A stretch of 39,804 nucleotides of DNA from Nitrospirota bacterium (GTDB lineage: Bacteria > JACPQY01), in the NCBI GenBank assembly GCA_016180645.1, contig JACPAV010000030.1, forward strand, positions 1-39,804. Reading direction: 5' to 3'. The notes beneath the pieces are model-generated. The model did not search any database, was not told the DNA's origin, and saw nothing but the letters and a program-made list of their open reading frames with translations. Of this stretch, positions 8,516 to 17,889 are shown one piece after another. Position 1 is the first letter of the stretch, and each line of letters begins with the position of its first letter. A program made the position numbers and the translations under genes.

Positions 8516-9133
8516 CTATTTCGCCAGATCGACGTCGTAGCCGGACACCCATCCGGTATTGCCCTTGGGGGTTTTCACCTTGAACCAGGGGCCGTTTTGG
8601 CCGACGACAACCATCTGCGTTCCCGAGGGAACATTCTTCAAAACCTTCCCATTCTTTTTGGGCAGGGCACGCATGGGGATGGAAGGCTTGTTGGGAACGA
8701 GAACCTTTGATCCGGCCGGTTTGGCCGCCTCGGCAGGCTTCGCGGTCTCCGCACCCGTGGATGCCTCGGGTTTCTGCTCCTCGGCAGCCGGGGCTGCCCC
8801 GTTTGACCGGCCGGCGCCGTTCCCGTTGGAGGCGGCCGCCGTGGGCGCAGATTCAGATTCTTTCCCGGCTTCTACGGGTTTGTCGCCGATCAGGTAGCCC
8901 GTCACCCAGCCTTCGGACCCTGCTTCGTCCTTCACCAAGAACCACTGTCCCACGCGCTTGGATGAGGTGACCGGCGTATTGCGGTCTACACGGGAGACGA
9001 CTTCATAGTAGTAGCTGGGCCCCTTTCGGAGTTCCGCGCGAACGGCCGTGACGAAGAATTTCTTATCCTGGGCGAGAGCGGGCGCACTGACCAAGAGGGT
9101 GAGTAAGAGGGCCAGGAAAGTCCGCATATTCAT
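8516..9133 (-). CDS. Secreted protein with two bacterial SH3 domains and an Ala/Pro/Glu-rich linker
   Basis: Signal peptide MRTFLALLLTLLVSAPALA; two repeats ending WFLVK...EGWVTGY and WFKVK...TGWVSGY. Confidence 0.85.
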   Translation of the reverse strand: MNMRTFLALLLTLLVSAPALAQDKKFFVTAVRAELRKGPSYYYEVVSRVDRNTPVTSSKRVGQWFLVKDEAGSEGWVTGYLIGDKPVEAGKESESAPTAAASNGNGAGRSNGAAPAAEEQKPEASTGAETAKPAEAAKPAGSKVLVPNKPSIPMRALPKKNGKVLKNVPSGTQMVVVGQNGPWFKVKTPKGNTGWVSGYDVDLAK

Positions 9134-9204
9134 GGCGGGGCGTATTCTACCGTCAGCCGCCCTGATTTGACAAGAGCTTGGGATTACCGGAGTCTGCCGC
9201 GGTG

Positions 9205-9264
9205 ACTCCACCCCCACCGGAATCTCAAATCTCAAGTTTCAAATCTCAAACGGGAGGCGGGGTG
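9205..9264 (+). repeat. Heptamer array in the loop of a GC hairpin covering the RBS and start of the MMPL gene
   Basis: ATCTCAA ATCTCAA GTTTCAA ATCTCAA (9222-9249), closed by ACTCCACCCCC / GGGAGGCGGGGT. Confidence 0.7.
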
Positions 9265-11553
9265 ACGTTTCTTGAACGCGCTGCCCGATTCCTAGTTCGG
9301 CGCCGGATACCCATTCTCATGGTGTGGGCGGCCATTACCGTTGCGGCCACCCTCGCTGCTCGTCGGCTTCAGTTCGATTTCAATTTCGTGAGCCTCTTCG
9401 AGTCGAACGATCCCTCGGTGGCGCGCTTCCAGGACTACCGGGAGCGCTTTGGGGACGATGCCTCCTATGTCGCCGCTATCATCCAAAGCGATCGGATCTT
9501 CACGCCACAGGTTCTCTCGGGGATTCAGACCTTGGGGGCGTCGTTCTCCCAGACTCGCGGCATCAAGCGGACGGTGCATCTCATGAATTTCAAGGTGCCG
9601 CAGCCGGTGCGGGACGGATTTGAAGTGCGCCCGTTGGTGAAGCGACCGCCCTCCACGCTCGATGCGGCGGAAGAGTTGAAAGAGAAAGCACTCGGGCACC
9701 CCTTGATGAACGGGGCCCTCGTGTCCCCCGATGGGACCACGGCGGCCGTCATCGCGGAGTTCGACGATGATGTTGAAAGTGTGGGCGAGCGGGAGGTGAT
9801 CCAGCGTGAGCTGGACCGGCGGGCGGGTGAAACCCTCTCCGGCCTCCCAGTGACTTTCTTCCTAACGGGCATTCCGGTCATTCAACAGCGATACAAAGAT
9901 CTCATCTTCAGCGAGCAGGTCCGGTTCGTGCCGGTGGCGGCCGCGATCCTTCTCCTCTTCGTCTACGCCTTCCTGCGCCGTCCGGCGTTCATTCCCATCG
10001 CCGTGGTTCCCGTTACCGTCTCGGTGGTCTGGACGCTGGGGATCATGGCTCTTTCCGGCCGCGGGGTGAACATCATGAACCAGGTGATTCCGGTGACCCT
10101 CATGGTGGTGGGCATCGCGGACGCCATCCATCTCCTTGTCCGCTACCAGGAGGAGCTGGTTTCGGGTCGCACCCAACAGGGCGCCATTCTGAAGACGGTG
10201 TCCACACTGGGCAAGGCGTGTTTCCTGACCAGCTTCACCACCGCCGTCGGCTTTTTCTCGCTCCTCAGCGCCCACGCGAAGGTGGTCCGGGAGCTCGGTT
10301 GGTACGCGGGACTGGGCGTCATGCTTGCCTACCTGAATACCATCGTCTTGGTGCCGATCCTGCTCACGTTTACCCAGTCGCCTGCCCCTTCCGCATCTCC
10401 GCGACCGGCGCCGGGCACTTCGGCGGATTCCCAGGGGAAGCTCTCCGCCCTGCTCGGAAGAATCGGGCACAGTGCCCTCACACATCCGCGAATCGTTTTT
10501 GTCTCGGTGGCGCTCCTCACGCTGACCGGGGCGCTCGCGGCGCTCCGGGCGGAATCGCACCATCGGATCCTGGAGGAGATCCTTCCCAGCGATCCGGTCT
10601 ATCGGGGAGTCATGGCATTGGAGGAGAAACTTAGCGGACTGCTCAGCTTCGCAGTGGTGGTGGATGGGGGTCATGAGGATGCCATCCTCGAACCCGGAGT
10701 CCTGCGGGCGCTTGAGGACGCTCAGCGTTTTCTGGAAGAGGCCGAGCCGGAGTTCATCAGCCGAACCCTGTCGGTGGCGGACGTGGTGCGCGAAATCCAC
10801 GGGCAGATGGCGGGAGATTCGGGATCGCTGCCGGCGGAGAAGAAACTGCTTTACCAGTATCTCCTGTTTCTGGATCGGGAGACGCTGGAGCCCTTTGTGG
10901 ACGAGGGATTCCGCCGTGCAGCGATCCGCGTCCGGGGAAAGGATCTCGGAAGTGAGCGTTGGCTCAAGTTGAAACCGGCGTTGGAGAAGCGCCTCACGGC
11001 CAATCTACCCAAGGGATACCGTGTATCCTTCACCGGAGCGTCGGATCTTGCCATTACGACGCTGACCTTCATTGTGCACGACATGCTCGTCAGTCTTTCC
11101 TGGTCCTTCGTCATGATCTTTGGGATTATCATCCTGCTTTTCCGGTCGGCACGGGTAGGACTCATCAGCATCCTGCCCAACATTCTCCCGCTCCTGACCA
11201 CCTTGGGGCTGATGGGCCTTGCCGGAGTTCCCATCCGAACTGCATCCGTCATCATCTTTACGGTTTCGCTGGGCATCGCGGTGGACAACACGATTCATTT
11301 CATCGCGCGGTACCACGAGGAGCGCGGGGGGGGGCTGGCGCCGCGAGAGGCGGCGGAAAAGTCGCTCCACACGTCCGGACGCGCCATGACGATCTCCACC
11401 CTGATGCTGGTGTCCGGCCTGGGCGTCTTCCTGTTTTCCAATTTCCGGGCCGTTCTGGAATTCGGGATTTTCGGGGGGTGGACGTTGCTGGTTGCGCTGG
11501 TCTTGGATCTGGTCGTCACGCCCGTCCTCTTCGTCGCGTTCGACCGTCGCTGA
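9262..11553 (+). CDS. MMPL/RND-superfamily transporter
   Basis: Two (TM + periplasmic loop + 5 TM) halves, GIADAIHL and GIAVDNTIHF motifs, LTSFTTAVGFFSL; GTG start after GGAGG. Confidence 0.92.
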   Translation: MTFLERAARFLVRRRIPILMVWAAITVAATLAARRLQFDFNFVSLFESNDPSVARFQDYRERFGDDASYVAAIIQSDRIFTPQVLSGIQTLGASFSQTRGIKRTVHLMNFKVPQPVRDGFEVRPLVKRPPSTLDAAEELKEKALGHPLMNGALVSPDGTTAAVIAEFDDDVESVGEREVIQRELDRRAGETLSGLPVTFFLTGIPVIQQRYKDLIFSEQVRFVPVAAAILLLFVYAFLRRPAFIPIAVVPVTVSVVWTLGIMALSGRGVNIMNQVIPVTLMVVGIADAIHLLVRYQEELVSGRTQQGAILKTVSTLGKACFLTSFTTAVGFFSLLSAHAKVVRELGWYAGLGVMLAYLNTIVLVPILLTFTQSPAPSASPRPAPGTSADSQGKLSALLGRIGHSALTHPRIVFVSVALLTLTGALAALRAESHHRILEEILPSDPVYRGVMALEEKLSGLLSFAVVVDGGHEDAILEPGVLRALEDAQRFLEEAEPEFISRTLSVADVVREIHGQMAGDSGSLPAEKKLLYQYLLFLDRETLEPFVDEGFRRAAIRVRGKDLGSERWLKLKPALEKRLTANLPKGYRVSFTGASDLAITTLTFIVHDMLVSLSWSFVMIFGIIILLFRSARVGLISILPNILPLLTTLGLMGLAGVPIRTASVIIFTVSLGIAVDNTIHFIARYHEERGGGLAPREAAEKSLHTSGRAMTISTLMLVSGLGVFLFSNFRAVLEFGIFGGWTLLVALVLDLVVTPVLFVAFDRR

Positions 11554-11770
11554 TCGTCTCAAGAGATCGGACTTTCGTGCCGATTATTTTCCGTACAGGT
11601 ACCATGTTGCTCAAGTCTCGGAATGGATGGGTCGAAAGATGCTTTCCGGCAACAGGGTACGCACGCCCCGCCTTCATGCGGGATTTCACTTTGAGAGCGG
11701 GGCTGCCGTGCCGCGTGGACGCCCGTAACCGCCCAGGCACTTCTTCGACTCGGCACTCGGAATAATCTGC

Positions 11771-13207
11771 GTGACCAAGAAGAAAATCCTTTGGGTCGGG
11801 CGATGCTGGTTCGAGAAAGAACTCCGCCGTTCGTTTGATCTCACTGTCGTTTCCGGAACTGAACCCCGCGACGTGGCCCCGGACACATGCAACCTCTCGG
11901 TGGGGTCTCTGATGCGCACGCTCGGCCGCCCGGACCTTGTGGTATGGACGGACGGCGATCTGACGCATCTCGTCGATCTCGACGAAGTGGAGGTGCCGAC
12001 CGTTTGCCTGATGTACGATCCCCACTTGCTGAAGGCATGGGCCGCACCTTATGCCGAGGTGTTCGATCACGTCGTGAGCACGCAAAAAGGATTCGTGAGC
12101 CAAGTGCACGGCGCCATCCGAGGTTCGGCCAACTGGTTTCCCTACTGGGCCGATCTGAACGGGCGCGCCGGAATTCGGCCAAAGCCGTTCAAGTCCCGGG
12201 AAATCGACGTGGCCTTCGTCGGGAATGCGGGCAAGCCAAGCCAGTCGAAGCGAGATGAATTCCTCCGGAAGGTGTTTGAGCGGCTGGCCCCGGGGGTCCG
12301 AGTGCACGTTGGGCCCGGTGATTGGCAGGACGTCTACTCGCGGTCCAAAATCGTGTTGAATGTTCCTGTCGACGGTGACCTCAACATGCGTGTGTTCGAG
12401 GGCATGGCCTGCGGCGCGCTTGTCTTTTCCCCACGTTCGATCCTGGGCACGTCGGATCTCTTTGAATTTGGAAGCGACCTGAAGGACTACGATTCCAAGG
12501 ACGTGGAGCAAACCGTGGCCGAAATCGAAAGGGCCCTCCGGAACGGGACCCGATCCCAGGAGATTGCGCACAACGGATACCTGAAAGTGTCCGGCAACCA
12601 TCTCCTGGCGCATCGAGCGCGCCAAATGAAGCTGTTGCTCGCTCAGATTGGCCGGGAGCGCCGGCCGAGCGCTCCGGCTCCGAATCGCTCCCTCGCGATG
12701 AGCCGGGCCCTCCTGTCCCTGGCGCTGGATCCGCCGGTCGTCCAATCCGAGGGTTGGCGATGGTGGTTCGACGATCGGCTGGCGTTGGCCGAAGGCAGGC
12801 TGAAACGGGCCGGGTCGGAGAACGCCACGGAAGCGATGTTCCTACGTGGGCTGCTGTCGTTCTTGAAAAAAGATTTGGCTGGGGCGGTGCAATCCATGCT
12901 GGCCGCCGGTCGGGACGCGGAACTTGAACCCGTGGCCCGCTACGGGGCCTCGCGCGGCTGGCGGTTGTTGGGGGAATCCGTGAAAGCGAATGCGATCTAC
13001 CCGATCGGCCTCAGAGCGGGTGCGCTTGCGCGCCGGCCCCGTCGCTACTGGGATCTTCTCATCGAAGTACTGAATTTCAAGACGAAGGATTTCGTTGCGG
13101 CAGGTTCGAGCGGCGCAGGGTCGCGAGTGGTGCGGTCCCGGGTTCGGGAAGGCGGAAACGTCATCGACACCAGCCGGGCCGAACGGCTACTCCAACTTTC
13201 GAACTAG
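11771..13207 (+). CDS. Glycosyltransferase (CgeB / GT1-like) with helical C-terminal extension
   Basis: DVAFVG, YSRSKIVLN, DLNMRVFEGMACGAL motifs. Confidence 0.8.
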   Translation: MTKKKILWVGRCWFEKELRRSFDLTVVSGTEPRDVAPDTCNLSVGSLMRTLGRPDLVVWTDGDLTHLVDLDEVEVPTVCLMYDPHLLKAWAAPYAEVFDHVVSTQKGFVSQVHGAIRGSANWFPYWADLNGRAGIRPKPFKSREIDVAFVGNAGKPSQSKRDEFLRKVFERLAPGVRVHVGPGDWQDVYSRSKIVLNVPVDGDLNMRVFEGMACGALVFSPRSILGTSDLFEFGSDLKDYDSKDVEQTVAEIERALRNGTRSQEIAHNGYLKVSGNHLLAHRARQMKLLLAQIGRERRPSAPAPNRSLAMSRALLSLALDPPVVQSEGWRWWFDDRLALAEGRLKRAGSENATEAMFLRGLLSFLKKDLAGAVQSMLAAGRDAELEPVARYGASRGWRLLGESVKANAIYPIGLRAGALARRPRRYWDLLIEVLNFKTKDFVAAGSSGAGSRVVRSRVREGGNVIDTSRAERLLQLSN

Positions 13208-13238
13208 GTGCTTCCCCCCATGTTCGCCAAGGTTCCGA

Positions 13239-13319
13239 CCCTTCGACAGGCTCAGGGTGAGCGGAGTTAAGGCCTGAGGCAACGCCGGAAACCGCTCGTG
13301 GTGAGGTTGTCGAACCACG
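13239..13319. repeat. Inverted pair of CCCTTCGACAGGCTCAGG-type extragenic palindromes between convergent genes
   Basis: CCCTTCGACAGGCTCAGGGTGAGCGG and the degenerate inverse CCGCTCGTGGTGAGGTTGTCGAACC. Confidence 0.7.
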
Positions 13320-13350
13320 GTCGATCGCAAGAAGACTTATGTCGGGTCCC

Positions 13351-13572
13351 TCACCCGTGCGGCTCGAGCTCGTCGACCAACTCAAAGAGGACCAGGATTC
13401 TCGCCTCGTATTCGATCTGGCCCTTCGAATCGACCGCGGCAGACCACCGGACGACTTCGACCTCGCGGATCCCCACGATCGTCTTGTAGGCCCTTCGCAG
13501 GACCTCCTCCACGGCGTCCTTCCAGCTCTTGCGCGAACGCCCGACCGCTTCCACCGTTTTCAAGGCCGGCAT
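13351..13572 (-). CDS. Dodecin-like small protein
   Basis: 73 aa, KTVEAVGRSRKSWKDAV...AYKTIVGIREVEV...EYEARILVLF; GGAGG RBS. Confidence 0.75.
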   Translation of the reverse strand: MPALKTVEAVGRSRKSWKDAVEEVLRRAYKTIVGIREVEVVRWSAAVDSKGQIEYEARILVLFELVDELEPHG

Positions 13573-13586
13573 GGCTTCTTCCTCCG

Positions 13587-14555
13587 TCAGGTCCGCATCT
13601 CGTAGAACAGCAGACCCTTCTTTTCCGTCACCTTCACCCTATTCTGTTCTTCCAGGATTTCAAGGTGTCCCATCACTTCGGACATGGCCAGCATCATCTG
13701 AGTCTTGGCCCTTCCGCCGAAGACCTCGACGGAGAGCTGGTACGGGGTTCTCGGTCCGGATGAGAGGAGCCGCTCGACTTTTTTCGCCCTCTTGTCCTTG
13801 AGTACGTGGTAACGGCGGATCAATTCACGGTGATCGACGAACGGCTCACCGTGGGACGGATACGTCATGTCCACCTCAAGGTCCATGATCTTGTCCACGG
13901 ACTTCATGAAATCCGACAGGGCCTTCGGTTTCGTTTCCTTCTCCGGGAACTGAAGCAGCGGAACCGGCGTGATCGTGGGGAGAAGGTGGTCGGCGGAAAA
14001 CAGGACTCGGCGTTGCGGCATGTAGAGCACCATTTGGCCGTTGGTGTGGCCCGGCACGTGGATGACGCGGATCTCCTCGCCGGCAAAGTGCAGGACCTGG
14101 TCGTCGGACACGGTTTCATCCACATCCACGCTTTCGCGCACGTAGCCTTTGCTCATGTCGATGGAGAAGTTGACCATGATGAGTCCCATGGGCACGCCGC
14201 GCCTACGGAGATAGGCGGTGATGCGGGGGTACGCGCCGAACTCCCAGTTCCCACGCTCGATCGCGCGGATTTCCTTCTCGTGCGACACGACCTTCGCTCC
14301 GCTGATCTTCTTGATGCGCCGGGCCTGGCCGGCATGGTCGGGGTGTGAATGGGTCAGGAGCATCAACCGGATATCGGAAATGTTGCGTCCGAGATCGCGA
14401 ATGCCCTTCTTGAAAGCCAGCCACGACGATCGATTGCGCGTGCTGGTATCGATGAGACAGAGTCCCTCGGGGCCTTCGATCAGGTAGAGGTTGACCGTCT
14501 TGACGGGGAACGGAACGGGAATCGTCAGACGATGAATCCGCGCGTCGGATCTCAT
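13587..14555 (-). CDS. Metallo-beta-lactamase-fold hydrolase
   Basis: THSHPDHAG, PGHTNG, SADHLLP, PSHG motifs; winged-helix-like tail. Start uncertain. Confidence 0.9.
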   Translation of the reverse strand: MRSDARIHRLTIPVPFPVKTVNLYLIEGPEGLCLIDTSTRNRSSWLAFKKGIRDLGRNISDIRLMLLTHSHPDHAGQARRIKKISGAKVVSHEKEIRAIERGNWEFGAYPRITAYLRRRGVPMGLIMVNFSIDMSKGYVRESVDVDETVSDDQVLHFAGEEIRVIHVPGHTNGQMVLYMPQRRVLFSADHLLPTITPVPLLQFPEKETKPKALSDFMKSVDKIMDLEVDMTYPSHGEPFVDHRELIRRYHVLKDKRAKKVERLLSSGPRTPYQLSVEVFGGRAKTQMMLAMSEVMGHLEILEEQNRVKVTEKKGLLFYEMRT

Positions 14556-14670
14556 GGGTGGCGGCGATGGTATCACGATTTGACGCACTGCACCATTTTC
14601 CGGACGGGCGCGGTCGGTGAGCTTTCCGTCGTTTTGTTGCAATCGGCCCGGCTTGGTGGATAATGATTTC

Positions 14671-15213
14671 ATGCCGCTTGCGCTGTTGATTCAGGAAGAT
14701 GCTTCCGATGCGGCGCCGATCCGGGAGGTGTGCCGTCGGAGAGGATGGGAACTGGTTCAGGCCTCATCCGCGGCGGCGGGAGCGGCGGCGACGGGATCGA
14801 CGCGAGTGGACGCGCTCTTCGCCTGCTTCCGCACCCTCGGAGGGCAATGGCCGGAATTTCCGTCCATCAGCTTCGTTCTGGCCGCCCCCGATGAAGTTCG
14901 TCCGGCTCTTGCCGCCATGCAGAAGGGTGCGTTCGACTACATCCTCCGGCCCGCCACCGTTGATGAAGTTGAGCTGAAGGTGGCCCGGGCGGTGGACTCC
15001 GCCCGGTGGCTGGAGAAGAAAATAGAGAAGATTCTGGGCGGAGTGCGGAACGGCAAGGGCAGCGTACATCCGATCATCATGAGCGAGGTGGAGCGCGTGC
15101 TCATTCTGAAGGTCCTGGAGAAGACAAACGGCAATCAAGTCCAGGCCTCGAGCATGCTCGGCATCAATCGGAACACGCTGCACAAGAAAATCCGGGAATA
15201 TCACTTGCGATGA
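14671..15213 (+). CDS. Degenerate receiver domain fused to a Fis-type HTH
   Basis: AMQKGAFDYILRP (receiver end) and VERVLILKVLEKTNGNQVQASSMLGINRNTLHKKI (Fis HTH); no AAA+ domain. Confidence 0.8.
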   Translation: MPLALLIQEDASDAAPIREVCRRRGWELVQASSAAAGAAATGSTRVDALFACFRTLGGQWPEFPSISFVLAAPDEVRPALAAMQKGAFDYILRPATVDEVELKVARAVDSARWLEKKIEKILGGVRNGKGSVHPIIMSEVERVLILKVLEKTNGNQVQASSMLGINRNTLHKKIREYHLR

Positions 15214-15259
15214 CCCCACCGCCCCTCTTGAAATTTGAGATTCCGAGGGAGGTGGTGGG

Positions 15260-17056
15260 ATGACCCGTCCGCGAAGTCTCGCCCCGATGGTGTTCATGCT
15301 CTTTGCCGTGGTGGGTCTGTCAGGCGCCGTCGAGTCGGCGGGCCTGCACTCTGTTTACTTCGATTATGGCAGTTCCGCGCTGTCCGCCGAGTCCCAGAAG
15401 ACGCTCGAACGTCATGCGGCGTGGCTCAAGGACCACGCGGAGGTGCTCCTGGAAGTTCAGGGATGGGACGACTTCTACGTGGGCAAGGGGGATGGGAGGC
15501 TTTCGGTGAAACGTGCGGAAGCCGTTAAGGAATTTTTGTCCAAGAAAGGGGTCGAACTGGATCGGATGACGATCAAGGATCGCGGAGCGGCGCCGTGGGA
15601 TCCCACCCGGAAGAGCGATCCTCGGACCTTCCGGAGGGTGGACTTTCTGGTGATTGGAAAAAGATCGCCGACGCGCAGTACTCCGGAAGCCTCCGAGCCG
15701 ATGGTGGAATCAGCCGCGCCTGCGTCGTCCACCGCCCCGCCCGTGGGAGCCGTGGAGCCGGTGCCGACCGAGAGCGCCCCGGTGAGGGAACCTGCCAAAA
15801 CGGAGATACCTGTGAAAGCTGAGCCCACCGCCGCTCCGGAGCAGGCCAGACCGGCGCCACCCGTCGAACCGCCTGTGAAGAAAGAAACACCGCCCGCCGC
15901 CGTGCCTCCGAAGGAAGCTAAATCGGTTGCCTCCGCCCCGGAAACCAAGCCTGTGCCACCCTCAGCCGAACCGGAGAAAGTGGTCGTTGCCGCGCCGGCG
16001 AAGGAAGAAAAATCACCGCCTGTCGCCACCGCGCCAGAACCCGCATCGGCAGCGGCCCCGCCTCGTGGGACCTCCGCCGCCGCGGTGCCCGAACCGGAAC
16101 CTCCCCGTGAGGAGAAGATCGAGCAAGCGTGGATGAAGTGGAAACCCTCGAATGTCGGCCCGAAGCCGCGCTGGGGTCACGGCATGGTCTTCGATGCGTC
16201 AAGCGGGCGCGTGGTTCTATTTGGTGGCACCAACGGGAAACTGGTTTTCGGGGATCTTTGGGAATTTGATCTCAAGAGCACACGCTGGTCCCCCGTTCAA
16301 CCCGGGGGGGGGGATCCGGGTCCGCTCGCGTACCACTCGGCGGTCTACGATTCACAGGCCAAACGCATGATCATCTTCGGCGGATCGAGCAACCTGCGCG
16401 ACACGACGGATTCGGTCTGGTCGCTGAGTCTGAAAAAGGGGGCGGAGTCCTGGGTGAAAATCGAATTCCCCGTGTCTCCCGGCCCGCGGGCCGCGCAGTC
16501 CACCGCGTATGATTCCCGCAGCCACCGGATGGTGATCTTTGGCGGATGCGCGAAGAATCTCAAGGCGTGCCTTTACTCCAATGACTTGTGGGAACTCGAC
16601 CTCAAGGTGGGCGCCGAAACGTGGTCGCCGTTGTCCGGCGTCAACTCACCTCCCGGTGAACGCGAAAGCGCCATGGCCTTCACGCAGGCCGACGGCAACC
16701 TGGTGGTCATCGGCGGGTTCAACGCCAAAGGATACCTGAGAGACGCGTGGATCTACGATCGGAAGAAGAAGGTGTGGAGTCCGATGGAAACGCCGCTCAG
16801 TGCGCGGTGCTGCGCGAGCTATCATGAGGCTGCGAAAGGATCGGTGTTGTTCGGAGGGAACGACCGGCGGGCGTTTTTTCAGGATACGTGGTGGTCGAAC
16901 GGGAAGGAGTTCAAGGAAATCCGCGAGCCCTCCATGCCGCAGGCGAGGGCCTTTTCGCGGCTGGTGCCCACGGGCGAGCCCAACATGTATTTCCTTTTTG
17001 GGGGTCAATCCCCCAGCGGCGCGATGGGCGATTTCTGGGTGTTGAAGCTGAAGTAG
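15260..17056 (+). CDS. Exported OmpA/Pal-like peptidoglycan-binding domain, Pro/Ala-rich linker and Kelch beta-propeller
   Basis: Signal peptide; VYFDYGSSAL...LSVKRAEAV...RRVDF; about six Kelch units (P-R-x-H...FGG...DLW). Confidence 0.85.
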   Translation: MTRPRSLAPMVFMLFAVVGLSGAVESAGLHSVYFDYGSSALSAESQKTLERHAAWLKDHAEVLLEVQGWDDFYVGKGDGRLSVKRAEAVKEFLSKKGVELDRMTIKDRGAAPWDPTRKSDPRTFRRVDFLVIGKRSPTRSTPEASEPMVESAAPASSTAPPVGAVEPVPTESAPVREPAKTEIPVKAEPTAAPEQARPAPPVEPPVKKETPPAAVPPKEAKSVASAPETKPVPPSAEPEKVVVAAPAKEEKSPPVATAPEPASAAAPPRGTSAAAVPEPEPPREEKIEQAWMKWKPSNVGPKPRWGHGMVFDASSGRVVLFGGTNGKLVFGDLWEFDLKSTRWSPVQPGGGDPGPLAYHSAVYDSQAKRMIIFGGSSNLRDTTDSVWSLSLKKGAESWVKIEFPVSPGPRAAQSTAYDSRSHRMVIFGGCAKNLKACLYSNDLWELDLKVGAETWSPLSGVNSPPGERESAMAFTQADGNLVVIGGFNAKGYLRDAWIYDRKKKVWSPMETPLSARCCASYHEAAKGSVLFGGNDRRAFFQDTWWSNGKEFKEIREPSMPQARAFSRLVPTGEPNMYFLFGGQSPSGAMGDFWVLKLK

Positions 17057-17057
17057 C

Positions 17058-17146
17058 GGTCAGCCGTCCGCTCTCAGCATTCAGCGGAACATGCAATCAG
17101 GGAACAGCCCGAAAAGCTGAGTGCCGATCGCGGATCGCTGAAAGCT
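17058..17146. repeat. Inverted pair of heptamer arrays between convergent genes (same family as 8407-8510)
   Basis: GGTCAGC CGTCCGC TCTCAGC ATTCAGC ... GCTGAGT GCCGATC GCGGATC GCTGAAA. Confidence 0.8.
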
Positions 17147-17149
17147 TTT

Positions 17150-17740
17150 CTAGTAGAAGTAAAAACGGATGCCGAGCGACGAGTCGATGACGGATCTCGT
17201 TTCCTTGGCCAGACGGACGCCGGGTGCAGCCTCAACGAACAGTTCCAACGGATAGCGCCGCAACAGAAAATTGACGCCCAATGGGACACGGAGGAGAAGT
17301 CCCTCCAGATCCTTCACGCTCTTGTCGTTTCCCGTGCTGACATAGCTGAGACCGATTCCGGCATAGAGAGGAATGATATTCTTAAGGAGGGGGGCAATAT
17401 CGTGCGCGAGGTAGCTGCTTCGTACGATAATCATCTGGTCGCTGCCGCTGCTGTACCCCACATCGAAGGTGATGGCCTTGGTTTCGCGGAGCCAATATTT
17501 GAAAGTGACACCGGGTGGGACGCCCGTGGTTTGGCCGTAGATGCCCGCGCCTGCGGTGTGGTGGGCAAATCCATTCGTGGCGGTAGCATCCTCATCCTCC
17601 ACCGGGGAGGCGGCTGATGTGGCGGTCGGGGCGGGTTTGCCGGCCTGAGCCCAAGCGCCGGACGCGAACACCGCGGACAGGAAAAGGGCCGAAAGAGCCC
17701 TCACAAATAGAAGTGAATGCACACTACGAGTAACAGTCAT
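17150..17740 (-). CDS. Putative small outer-membrane beta-barrel protein
   Basis: Signal peptide ending AWA-Q, amphipathic strands (LYAGIGL, LLRVPLGVNF, LELFVEAAPG), C-terminal GIRFYFY. Confidence 0.7.
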   Translation of the reverse strand: MTVTRSVHSLLFVRALSALFLSAVFASGAWAQAGKPAPTATSAASPVEDEDATATNGFAHHTAGAGIYGQTTGVPPGVTFKYWLRETKAITFDVGYSSGSDQMIIVRSSYLAHDIAPLLKNIIPLYAGIGLSYVSTGNDKSVKDLEGLLLRVPLGVNFLLRRYPLELFVEAAPGVRLAKETRSVIDSSLGIRFYFY

Positions 17741-17889
17741 CTCGCCTCCATGGGCACACATTAAACGGGGTTTGCCCGAAATTGTCAAGCAGAAAAGAGA
17801 GATGTGGGAAAAGATTGACGGCTATGCTTGACGCGGGTGGGGGGGGGTGGTACGGGGACAAGGTATTCACCCAGATGAAGGAGGTCAAC

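Noticed and set aside
17837-17846. Poly-G tracts (also near 4308, 11325 and 16303) as phase-variation switches
   Set aside because: Short tracts are expected in GC-rich DNA, the genes concerned are in frame, and there is no evidence of length variation.
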